From Lama glama (lineage: Eukaryota): 64,000 nucleotides of DNA. Where the stretch lies: assembly GCA_028534125.1 (NCBI GenBank), contig CM052818.1:4962001-5026000 (forward strand). The letters run 5' to 3'. The notes beneath the pieces are model-generated. The model ran no database searches, was not told the DNA's origin, and saw nothing but the letters and a program-made list of their open reading frames with translations. The translations under genes and the position numbers were made by a program. Within the stretch, counting starts at the first letter, position 1. Each line of letters begins with the position of its first letter. Positions 42,336 through 53,889 of the stretch are shown piece after piece.

Positions 42336-43499
42336 TCTTAAAGCAATGAGGCAGTTAGATGGATTTTGTTTTAAAGAGATTCCCTGGTGAGCAGTGTGCT
42401 ACACGTAAGTAAAAGGAAATGGAAACTAGAAAAAACAGCAACAAGGTTAATATCAATTAGAATATTAGGTACCATCGGTAAACTTGGAGGAAAAATTGTA
42501 AAGTAAACTGAAAGGCAGATTATCCATCCATAAAAAAATGCAGATAGGACAGTAGATAGGAGTTTTGGAAAAATCAAATATTCCAGAGAGATTTAGTCTT
42601 TAATGGAATTACAACTATAAAGTAACATGTTGGAAATATGCTTCAATTAGTCACATTTATCTAAATAGAAACTTAAATATTTAAAATTATTATAGATTGA
42701 CAACAATTTTTAAAGTTTCAAAATATCTAGCCTGGGCTGTAATGTAGAGAAGGATTCATTGTCAGTGTTGATAATAATAAAAATTGATGTCATTTTGGGG
42801 GATGATTAAGTGTTATCAATCAAAATTTAAAACATTTTCTTACATTAGTTTTTCAGTAATTAATGGACACAATCACACAAGCATGTGTAAATTTATGTAG
42901 AAGACTATTCACTGGAGGACTGTACTGTTTGTAATGCAAAAAACTGCAATGAAATTAAACTTCCATCAATAAACAATCGTTTAAATAAATTATGATACAT
43001 CCATATAATGACAAACAATGTAGTCATTCAAAAGACTGAAGCAAATCTGTATGTACTAACAGGAAAAGATAGTCATACCAAATGGAGGCAAAACCAAACT
43101 GCCAAATTATATAATATAATTCTATCTATTTAAATAAATGTATAGGTAAACATACACACACACGTTTTTATATATGCAGAAAATGCTACATGATGTATTC
43201 CAAACTATTAACAGTGGCTTTCCCTGATGGATGGCTGGAGGAAAGGAGAAACAGAGGACTTAACTTTCTACTTCAAATTAATCTATACTGTTTTCTTTCT
43301 TCCTTTTTAAACAACTAACATGGTACTGTTTTTTTTTTAAGGGAGGGTCACTTAAATGGAACAGTTGAAGTAACAGCGCCAACAAAAGCATTATCCAGAA
43401 TCCAAAGATAAAAACAACCCAATGTTAAAAGAAACTAAAAACTCTTACCATATTAGCATCGATCTACACAGTAGATAAGAATCCTAAGGCCAGCCCCAA

Positions 43500-44560
43500 G
43501 TGAGGGAGACTGATTAAGAAAATCTATAATTACAAGCTAGCGCAGTAAATGCTGTAACAGAAAGCAGCACTGGGTATTGGAGAAACTCAGAGACAACGAA
43601 TCTAAACCATTCTGGGTGGTTAGAAATACATTAGTTTTAAAGGATAAATGGAAAACAGCCAGGCCGACTTGGTGTTATGTACGTGGGGGTCACTATGTTT
43701 CTGGTGACGAGCCCCAGGCATTAAGAAGCACAAGGAGTTATGCCAGAAATATTCCCTTTTAAAAAAATATTAAAGTGTCAGTGAATAACAGACTTTTCAC
43801 ATCATACTGCGTGATGTTCAGTCAAGTATCTACCGAACATCTTCCAAATGGCAGATGCTACCTACGGTAGGCGTAGGAATTCACTGATGAGACAGACAGC
43901 AATCAATATTTAACTGCAAACTGTGATAGAAGAAGTGAAGGAAATAAGAAAGATGACTGATAATAACAAAGAAAGCACTGATCTATAGACTGTGCGAGGA
44001 AGGCCTCTGTGAGACAGTAACACTTAAACTGAGACCTAAGGGTAAAAACACACCCACCAGAGGAGGGGAGGGGGTCAAAGGCTGGGAGGTAGTTTTGGCG
44101 GGGAATAGCAGTCAAAGCTTCTGAACTAGGAAAGAACCGATTTTGTTTGAGGAACTGAAATACAGCTGGTGCAAGGGAAAAAGAAGACAGGTAGATTAAG
44201 GAGAGAGAATTCAGGGCCCTGGAGATCAGCGTAAAGTTTGGATTTTATTTGAAATATGAAGAGCAGTGACTGAAGGCTGTCTTAAGGCAGAGGAATGCCA
44301 TATATGCCTACTTGTTTGTTGGCTTGTTTTTAAATCTTGTTTTAAAGGATCATTCTGCTGTTTGGAGCCTAGAATTTAAGAAGGGGCAGGTCAAACAACT
44401 GCAGAGGCCTAGTCAAGAAACGTCGGCATGGATAAGGCAGGGACAGGAGAGGGTGAGAAAAATGGACAGTTCTGAGACACATTTTTTGAGGTAAAAACAA
44501 CGGAATTTGTTGACAGAAAGAATTGGGGAAAAGAGGAATTGGGGAGAAATTAAAAGATGA
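43500..44560 (-). mobile_element. L2 fragments (ETAA1 intron 5)
   Basis: ggaaggcctctgtgagacagtaacacttaaactgagacctaagg and gtttgaggaactgaaa are L2a-like. Confidence 0.6.
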
Positions 44561-45071
44561 CAGGATGTACTGTTCAGTAAATAACAATTCTAACCATCAT
44601 TAACAGTTTTATATCAGACAGGATACTAGCAAAGGTGTTAAATTAGAATGCTCTAAACCTTCAAATGTTGTTTACCTCAGTGTTCTGCTAAACATAGGAG
44701 TAAGGAATAAGATTATTCAAATCTTAAAACAATGAGGTATTTAATAAACACACAGAATCTCATACAGTAATACATATATCTAAAAGTAAAATTTTCTAGT
44801 TAAATAAACAAGGAAACATTCAACACATATTTACTGAATGCCTACCATATGCTAATCACTGTATTAAATGCTGGCAAAGAATTCAATGCAATCTATTGAA
44901 AACATAAATCGCCCAGTGTTTGTATATTCCAGCATCAGCATTAAGAATCACTATAAGACCTCTAGTTAAATAACTATAGAATAGTTTTTAACTTAATATG
45001 TTATGCAAATTCAATATTTAAGAAATAACTAGTTTGGCTACTTTTCAAAGAAAACTGTATTTCATACATAC

Positions 45072-47107
45072 CTTTTGAAGGTTGTTCCAAAGATTCAGAG
45101 GATTTCACCAAAGGCTGCTGTTGTACAGCCTCCCCACATAATGGGTTGACAGTTCTATTTTTCTCCAAATCCTGTGTAATTCTGGTATCAGAAACACTTC
45201 CTGTTATACATTCGTTATTAAACTGGGAAAGAAATGGCAAACTTTTCATCTTCGTAAATGTGTACTTAGACAATCTAGCTGCCCTGTTAAGGTCAAACCA
45301 AGCCCCTTCACTAGCCATGGTCTTGTGGGACGGATGTGCACCACTCAGCTTCTTCCTGTAAGAACCAATTTCTGTATTCATATGATCTGAACTCACATTC
45401 GAACCTGAACTTCCTGAGAGAACCGATTTGGAACTATTCACTTGTACTGGAACATCACTGTTATTCCAAGAGAGACACCGATTATTGACCTGACAATCTG
45501 AGTTCTTAGAGTAGAGAGTCAAATTTGTCGTAGCACCTAAAAAGCCTGGAGAATTTCCACAAACCTCCCTTTTCTCCGTCTTCATCGATTTACTTATTTG
45601 TGAGCTATTTGTCAATGAAGATGAATGCGCTGAAATGTTGTTCAGATTCAAAGGCTTTGATTGCAGCAAATGAGTCCCTTGTTTAGGTGTAGTAAACACG
45701 TTTTTGGCTCCATGTTTAGAACCATTATTGATCTCAAGCACACCTTCTGATGTCTTGCTGTCCACTTTCGTGTCTTGTTGCTGAGTTAGTCTTTCAATAT
45801 CATCACATGCTTGGTACAGTAAATCGTCGTCTACATCATCTGCCTCCCAGGCATTCTCTAATTGATGACATGCATTAACAATTTCGTTGGCAAATGATGG
45901 ATCATTCCAATCATCAAAGAAAGAACTTAACTTGGATGCATTAGCTTGATTTGCGTTACAAACACTGGTCTTATTGCCCCAAGCTGCAGGGCCTAAAGGC
46001 TCTACATTTGTAGGTGCTTTAAAAGATTGTTTAAAAATGGACTTATTTTTTTGTTCACTAGAATGTCTTGTGTTCAAAGTAGACTTTTTTCCAGAAGTAT
46101 TTACATTAGAAGTAAACTTACTATGAGTATCTTCCTTTACTTTTGTCAGATTAGATGCAACTGCATGGTCTTGAAGTTTGTCCTGAACACTTGTATTAAA
46201 AGATTTCTGAAATTTCATTTTATTTCCAGCGGATAATTTATCTGATTTATCATTTGACTTTGGCGAAAGTCTGTACTTTGCACCCATTAATTCACTGTTA
46301 GGTGCCTTTGAAGGGAGATCATGTAAAAATTTTGAATCTTTTAACCTGGTATCTAGACTTGTATTCATTCCTGACTTACTTTCATCATGTTTACTATTAA
46401 AGGTACACATTTCCTTTTGATCAGTAATCTGGGCTTTTGGAGGAGCAGAGAAATGCTCAGACATTTTGACATTTTGCGTAACAAAAGGTTCATTATTTAG
46501 TAAGTTTTCCCAGTCATCCTCAAAATCAGTGGCAGTAACTGCATCAATGTGCTTATTGAAAGCTCTTGGTTCCTTCGTACAGGAAGTCACATATGATTTT
46601 GTCATTCCAGGAGCATCTACCTGATAAGAAAGTGACCCTGGTAGTTTTTCAGTGACCAGAGTTTCATTGGTAATGATCTTCTCCTCTTTCAAAGCACTTT
46701 TCTTTCCAAATGTAGTATTACCGGTGTTTGAAAAAGCATCTGACAGCTCTTGGCTTAACTGTCCACTACATTTCTGAGTAGAACCATCAAAAATGGCAAT
46801 AAAGGCTGCTTCAGCATTTTGGTCAAATGGCTTCTGACTGCTCTTTTGCCCATTTACCACAGTTATCTTGGTGTTTTCTTTCCCTGGCTTCTTTAACACA
46901 GCATTATCTATTCCGGGAACGATATCATGCAGTAACTGCGTTTGTACATTATCTCTGTAATTATCTAAAGTCTCTGCTTCTGAAATCGTCTGGATAAGAT
47001 CATGATCTCTCTTGTTTTGGTCCTGAATCACATCCAGCTCTTCCATATTTTTATCAAATTGTTTAGCCAATTTCATAAGTTCCTCCTCCTGATTTTGAGT
47101 TTTTAAC
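45072..47107 (-). CDS. ETAA1: ETAA1 coding exon 5 (2036 nt), with the coiled coil and RPA-binding motif 1
   Basis: Lies within the 705-aa ORF 45001-47118; LKTQNQEEELMKLAKQFDKNMEELD at the start, WEADDVDDDLLYQACDDIERL (RBM1) at about 45787-45849; acceptor tttaatag| and donor G|GTATGT. Confidence 0.96.
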
Positions 47108-47359
47108 CTATTAAACAAATATTAAAAAAATCATAAGTTCTAAGAGTCATAAACATTCAATTATTATTTAACATATTTCAATGTTAAAATTCAAAAATGT
47201 TAACACTTACATTATAATTATTTTAAGTCCAAAAGTTTATATGTCAAAACTAAGGAAAATAATTTATAACCACTTTAACATATTCACAAAACCAAAACGG
47301 AATATTTTTAAAAACATTTACTTCACCGAATTCAGAAAAACCTAAAAGTTTGCACTTAC

Positions 47360-47472
47360 TTTGTACCGCTGAGTTTTGCCCTTGATTTTCCTTTTGCTAC
47401 ACTAGGAGTACATGGAATAGCAGTTTCACCAATCCACACGCCCAGCATGGAGTCTGTCATTGGTTTCTCATC
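47360..47472 (-). CDS. ETAA1: ETAA1 coding exon 4 (113 nt)
   Basis: Polypyrimidine tract plus aag| acceptor and AA|GTAAGT donor; translates DEKPMTDSMLGVWIGETAIPCTPSVAKGKSRAKLSGTK. Confidence 0.95.
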
Positions 47473-48713
47473 CTTTGGCAAAAGGAAAAAAAAAGAGGTT
47501 TAAAAAGTACCAAAACCCCCCTAAACCCCCAAAACAAATAACAAACCAAAAAACCCACCTTAGTTATGTTGAATTATTTTCCTAAAGCAATTAACTACAA
47601 AAAAATGAGAAGTTGGAGGATGGCAATAACAAGTTGCAAGAAGTGATCTATTCATGTTTTAGCAAACGAAAACAGTCAGAATCGAGAACTCCTTATTTTC
47701 AGAAAGTTTTAAGTTTTTAAGAATTTAATTAACAATGGATTATTTAATAGTAAAAGCACATGTTTTTATCAAAAGAAAATGGATCAACTTATTTCAGCAG
47801 TCATCAGGTATTTTTAAAAATAAACATCAGTGTCAGAAATAAACTGTAGCAGGATTAGAGTTAAGAATAAAACGAGATACACACGGAATTCTTTATCACT
47901 TGATTCTCCAAATTTCTCTATCCCCATTATAATGTTTATCTAAAGCTGCACAATCCATGTTGACCTGAACTGACAACACTTTGACAGAATTAAGAAAACT
48001 TAGAACTAAGTTGGGACCGAGTTAGAGAGACGTGCAAGGTTAGAACTGATGCTACAAATGAAGTAGGGAAAAGAACAAAAATAAGCAGAGAAAGCAGAGA
48101 AAAGTTTAACCAGTATAAAGGCTAGGAAAAAGCCACCTGCTATACCTTTCAGTCACTTGATCACGCATAAAATTAGAGAATGAGTTTACATATTAGTTAC
48201 AAACCAAATCAACAAATAGGTGGACCATTTTCTACTCTATTTTTATAGTACCTAGAATGAACGTAAACAACTATCACAAATTAAGAATGACCTTATCACT
48301 AGATATAGGTTACTTGAAGACAAGGACTATCCCCCTAGCATCCAGCAAAATGCTGAGAATAAAGATGTCAGTTTAGGTTTATTCTCTGGAGAGTTAGATG
48401 AAAAGATCCCTGCAGCTTGGTACATTAAAATCCTCTACCAACAAGCAGTTTTCTTGTATGTCCAGTTGAACCTAGTAGATTGTAGCTTTGTAAAATATTC
48501 AAGAGAAGCAAGTTTCAATTTTAGACTCAATACGTATTTTCCCTTTTGTTTCAACAATCTCGAATTTAGGGAAAATAACATTCTTAACTAATTAATTATG
48601 GATTTTTTTCCTCCATTTATCAAGTAATTTTAAATTCATTACATTTTTAGAGAATGAAAGTAGGATACTTTTATATATCCAATGAAATATATATACATGG
48701 GTCCTTTGTATGG

Positions 48714-49417
48714 TTTTTTTAATTGAAATGTAGTCAGTTTACAATGTCGTGTCAATTTCTGCTGTACAGCACAATGCTTCTGTCATACATGAATATGCAT
48801 TCATTTTCATATTCTTTTTCACCATAAACTACTATAGGATATTAAATATAGTTCCCTGTGCTATACAGTAGAAACTTGTTTATCTATTTTATATGTACCA
48901 GTTAGTATCTGCAAATCTCAGACTCCCAATTTATCCCTTCCCACTCTCTTCCCCACTGGCAACCACAAATTTGTTTACTATGTCTGTGAGTCTGTTTCTG
49001 TTTTATAAATAAGTTCATTTGTTTTTTTTTTCAGATTCCACATAAGTGTGATATCATATGGTATTTTTCTTTCTCTTCTGACTTACTTCACTTAGAATGA
49101 CATTCTCCAGGGCCATCCACGTTGCGGCAAATGGCATTATTTTATTATTTTTTAATGGCTGAGTAGTAGTCTATTGTATAAATATACCAACTTCTTTATC
49201 CAGTCATCTGTCAATGGATTTTAGGTTGTTTCCATGTCTTGGCTACTGTAAATAGTGCTGCTATGAACATTAGGGTGTAGGTGTCTTTTTGAATTAAGGT
49301 TCCCTCTGGAAATATAATGAGGAATGGGATTGCTGGATCATATGGTAAGTCTATTTTCAGTCTCTGAGGAATCTCCATACTGTTTTCCACAATGGCTGCA
49401 CCCAACTGCATTCCCAC
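48714..49417 (-). mobile_element. L1 3' end with ORF2 C-terminus (ETAA1 intron 3, sense to the gene)
   Basis: ORF 49211-49450 gives ENSMEIPQRLKIDLPYDPAIP...MFIAALFTVAKTWKQPK, the L1 ORF2 C-terminus; 3'UTR and poly(A) follow. Confidence 0.92.
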
Positions 49418-51172
49418 CTTTTTTACACTATTTGTAAAAAATTTCCTCATTAATAATTACATAAAACAATCCAGGTGCTGTATAAAGTACCTAAACGTAT
49501 TACTTCATTTAATCTTAGCATATACTGTGTAGAAGTGCATAAAAATGATGGAAAAATATATACCATCTTCAAACATTATATAAAAAGTGTCCCTGAAAAA
49601 TGTAAAATGACTGTCCAATTAAAATAAAAATGCATATTAAAAAAAGCCATCTCTGGAAATATTAAGATGACTTAATTATTTGAAGAGGATGATTCACCTA
49701 AAAAAAAAAAAAAACCAACATGAATATGTCATTCTGAGAACATGACAGCTCTTAAAAAAACTTGGTCCTATCAAAGATTTATATGCTTTAAAAGCGCTCA
49801 GTTGAAAAGGGTAACATTTAAAAGCAACTAATTTCACTGTATTTTTTCTTATACACAAGTTACCACTTGCACACTGCTGCCATTTCTTTATGTGAGCTAT
49901 TACTTCCAGCCCACTTAGGTAAAGAGTCCAATAATTTACTTGGCTATCTTTTTATCACTACTCAGGCTGGCCAGTCCAAACACATTTTATTATGCCTCTT
50001 TCATGTGAAACCTACAATCAGTGAAGCTCTATTGTTAACTTATGAAGTAAGTAGTATGCGGCATAAATGCTATTTAACTAATGAACCATATGTAAAATGC
50101 ATTTCTATGACATGCCAAACATGGAATGTAGAGCTAGTAGCAACAGAATCGTTTTGACTGTGCTAGCTGTAATTCTGGATATTTTATAGCCACTGAGAAA
50201 AACTTTATTTCCTGTCTCTCCCACCTGGACGATGGTGATTCCCTGCAACCACAGTTTGGGCCAGTGCCACCTGTCCTTTACGGTCAACACACAGTCACTG
50301 TCCAAGGGCATGTCAAAGAAAATACCACACTTCCTAAGGAGAAGACACTAAGAGAAAACTGATGTTTTCTGGATTTAAATGTTGGTAAGTAAGAAAAAGA
50401 GAGAGGAAAGTAAAGAAGTTCAGAACAGAGGTTGACCTAAGCTTATATTTCGCTTTCATTCAAGCATTACAAGAGTTGAAATAAAGATGAAACTTCTGAA
50501 GATGGCTCTGTTACAGTAAATACTTTATCAAAATTAGCTTTAATATAACCTAGTATTTGTAGTGCTCTACAGTTTACAAAGAATTTTTATCTAATTGAAT
50601 CCTCATAATAACTCGAGAAAGAGAACAAAACAAGTAATAATTCTATTTTATGGCTGAATGAACCAAAGTTCTGAAAGCTTAAATCACTTGCTTAGGTTCA
50701 TTCAGTACAGGAGGCAGACTGAGAACTAACTCCAAATCTAATGTTTTGCCCACTTTTGTAAGTGTTTCTTGATGATCTTACAAGTCAACAAGTATTAAGA
50801 AAAGCAGTTTCAATGGGGAAAAGGTGTGCTATACACAGGAAAAAAAAAATACCAATCACAAAAAACTTTTAAGTTAAAATTTTTGTTGTCTGATTCTATT
50901 ATTTTAGTAACTTGAAAAATGATACCATATATTGTCAAACAACATTGAAAACAAACTATAGCTCTAATTAAAAATCATCACTAAAAAAATGAAAATAAAA
51001 TATATGCTTAGGGGAAAATATATTACCAATTTTACAATATGTTGCTTTTTCTAAAACATGCATTTCAGTAATAGAAAAAGTAAAAGTAATCTCTGCTGCT
51101 ATATGTTTGGAAAAGAGAACCAAGTAAGACAAAACATTTTTGAGATACATGAACTATAAAAAAAACTTAGTG

Positions 51173-51518
51173 TCATTCTAAGTGAAGTAAGCCAGAAAGA
51201 GAAAGAAAAATACCATATGAGATCGCTCATATGTGGAATCTAAAGACTCATGGACAGAGAATACAGACTTGTGGTTACCAGGGGGGTAGAGGGTGGGAAG
51301 GGATAGACTGGGATTTCAAAATTGTAGAATAGATAAACAAGATTACACTGCATAGCACAGGGAAATATACACAAAACGTTACGGTAGCTTACAGAGAAAA
51401 AAATGTGACAATGAGTGTGTATATGTCCATGAATGACTGAAAAATTGTGCTGAACACTGGAATTTGACACAACATTGTAAAATGATTATAAATCAATAAA
51501 AAATGTTAAAAAAAAAAC
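51173..51518 (+). mobile_element. Young 5'-truncated L1 with 14-bp TSD (ETAA1 intron 3, antisense to the gene)
   Basis: aaaaaaacttagtg at 51159-51172 and 51519-51532; AATAAA plus A-tail. Confidence 0.93.
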
Positions 51519-51581
51519 AAAAAAACTTAGTGGCCTATTTTTCACTCTTTTAAAATAAACTATAAAACTGATGATACTTAC

Positions 51582-51658
51582 CTGAGGTGCAATCCGATTA
51601 ACAATATGTGAGATCTCATCACTGTCTGTGGTATAAATCTTCTTTTTCCTTCCTTTAC
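51582..51658 (-). CDS. ETAA1: ETAA1 coding exon 3 (77 nt)
   Basis: Acceptor tctttag| and donor CAG|GTAAGT; translates (G)KGRKKKIYTTDSDEISHIVNRIAPQ; phases fit exons 2 and 4. Confidence 0.96.
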
Positions 51659-51924
51659 CTAAAGAAACAAAGACATTTTTATAAATTATAAACAATTTTT
51701 TTTAAAAGAGCGGTCATTTCTAAGAAAACAATTATAATTAGCATAGCTTACATCACTACTACCTCTGACATCACATGCAATCACAGCAACATGATCATGT
51801 AAGATTCTCAAAAAATACCTGCTGTATAAAAGTTCCTGATTTTGTTACCCGACTGAAATTCTATAGTTAAATCCTGTTCATTAATCAAGTATTCACCCAA
51901 ATAAAAATGTTACTGACAAATTAC

Positions 51925-52053
51925 CTAGCTGTTTTGTCATCGGAGAATTCTGATCCCAAAAGATATCATTCTGTCCATCTGGATCATTAGGAGAACTGAA
52001 GGTAGATGATGATAAATCCATCCGCAGCACTCTCTTTGGTGTTTCATACCTTT
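51925..52053 (-). CDS. ETAA1: ETAA1 coding exon 2 (129 nt), core of the ATR-activation domain
   Basis: Acceptor tatgtag| and donor G|GTAATT; translates ERYETPKRVLRMDLSSSTFSSPNDPDGQNDIFWDQNSPMTKQLG. The FW Trp codon at 51956-51958 corresponds to the critical human W107, flanked by SP (CDK-type) sites. Confidence 0.96.
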
Positions 52054-53049
52054 CTACATAAAGATTAAAGTAACAATTTTTGCAATTTAAAGCATTACTT
52101 TACTTCATAATACCTAAATGCTAAATAATAACTTAGATTACTATTTGTAGTTCAATTATAAAATTTCCCCCAGAGATGACTGTATTACTTTAACGAGAAC
52201 TGAAATGTTTGTTTTACATAAAAATCCCTGTAATATTTTACATATTTGACATTGTAAATAGCAAGTATTTTAGACAATCTAGTGGCTCTATAAATGTACA
52301 ACACGGTATAACCTAGTCACTCCATTCCTTGCCACTGGAACATGGAGGCTTTGGGAATCACCCGTAATTTACAGATAATTTCAAAAATCAAAAGCACTCG
52401 GACAAAAACCTCAGTAAAATCTATGTTTAGCCCCCTTTCCCCAACTCTAGCCAACTTACACTAATTAACTTCAAAAACCTTCAATGAGCTGTTTCTTGGT
52501 AAATTTTGCGTAGTATCGCTGTCTTTGTTTATTCTGCAATTGTTTTGTCCAAGTAAACTAAAAACAAGTTAACAAAAGCTGTAGATCAAAAATACGCTCT
52601 AGAAAAAGAGCTTTTACAGGAGTTTTAGTCCCTGACAGGATGAGAAATCTCTAAAATATTCTGGAACACCAAATATTGATCAGAATGAAATATTCAAGGG
52701 CCCTCGGTTTCCTACTTTGAGGGACAGTATACAACGGAGCTTTCGGTTTATGCCCAACGAGGTGAGACACCACCACGACTTTGAGGCTACAGATGAGCTA
52801 CAGCTTTCACACACGGCCCCTTCTCTAAATCTGGTCAGGACAAAAAGTTTGAGGGGGAGTTAATTTCCCCTGGGAATCAGCTAAAAGCAACAGGTATTGT
52901 TTTTCCTCGCTCTGCTATTGCTGAAGCCCGGAGGAGCAGCCTAGAAATCTGTCCCCTCCCTCTCTAACAGGTAAACCCCACCACCTACTCCTGTGGCAGG
53001 GGCGACAAGTGGGTGGTCATTCCTAACGGGGCAGTGCTCAGACTCGAGG

Positions 53050-53830
53050 AAGCAAGGGGTGGGGGAGTGGTGTCGGGTTAATTTTGGACTCACGAGGAGA
53101 AACCCCGAGGAAGGGCACACACTTCAGACTCCACCCCCACCCCACCCCCACCCGCACCTGGGGTTTTCCTGCTAGAAGCTGGGCAGCGAGTCTGCGGCGC
53201 CGAGGCCTCGGGGGGCCGCGCCGCCCACGTCTCACCCTCGGGGTTACTTTTACTGCACGAAGTGGCTGCTGGAGGCTGCTCTTGCTGCGGCTGGGGCCGG
53301 GGAGGCCTGTCTCCGGCCCCGCGGAGCCCCGAGGCGCCGGCCGACCTCAGCCGCCTCTTCCCCTGCTCGACCACCGAGCCGCATTCCTCAGCCGCTGCCG
53401 CTGCCGCCGCCGCCGGCGCCGCCGCCGCCGCCGCTTTGCGCGGCGTGTTCTTCAGGCTAGGGCTGTCCCCATGTTTCCTTCGCCGACTCATTGTCTAGGA
53501 CCCCCTCCAGCACCAGCCGCTTCTCCTTTCACATTTTGCAGCGGGAGGCGTCGGGTAATGGAACTACAAGCGGGACACCGCGCCACCAGCCGCCGCCATT
53601 TTGGCCGGTGGGATGCTCGTAGGAGGGGGGCGCTGATTGGCTGCATCCGGGCGAGGGGCGGGGCGGCCAGGATGCCGGCGGCGCGCTTCCGGAGCCCGCG
53701 TCCCAGCCGGCTGCGGTCGGCTCCGACTGAGCCCCGGATGGGAGCGATTGTGAGGCGGGGCTGTGTGGCCGCCGCGACTGAGAGTGAGAGCCTGGGAGGT
53801 GGGAAGAGTCTCGACTTCTCGACTTCACGG
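53050..53830. promoter_or_regulatory. CpG island / ETAA1 TATA-less promoter
   Basis: Only strongly GC- and CpG-rich stretch in the window; YY1 motif CCGCCATTTT 53593-53602, CCAAT box (minus strand) 53636-53640, GC box GGGGCGGGGC 53655-53664, ETS core CCGGAAG (minus strand) 53686-53692. Confidence 0.85.
53236..53491 (-). CDS. ETAA1: ETAA1 coding exon 1 (256 nt, aa 1-85, includes A6-P-A8 tract)
   Basis: ATG at 53491; MSRRRKHGDSPSLKNTPRK...EECGSVVEQGKRRLRSA...CSKSNPE matches the ETAA1 N-terminus; donor G|GTGAG with GT at 53235-53234; lies in the CpG island. Confidence 0.95.
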
Positions 53831-53889
53831 GCATCTTTTGACTGAATTTAAAACTAGAATTACACGTTAATGACATTCAGAATCTTGTG

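Noticed and set aside
45001..45071. Exon 5 ORF read-through (GMYEIQF...EFA*) as a truncated isoform lacking RBM2
   Set aside because: A good donor (AG|GTATGT) is present, and 23 open codons in an intron are unremarkable without transcript evidence
53084..53845. 253-aa Arg/Pro-rich plus-strand ORF antisense to exon 1
   Set aside because: Expected by-product of a stop-poor GC-rich CpG island and the GCC repeat; starts at a non-ATG codon; no recognisable domain
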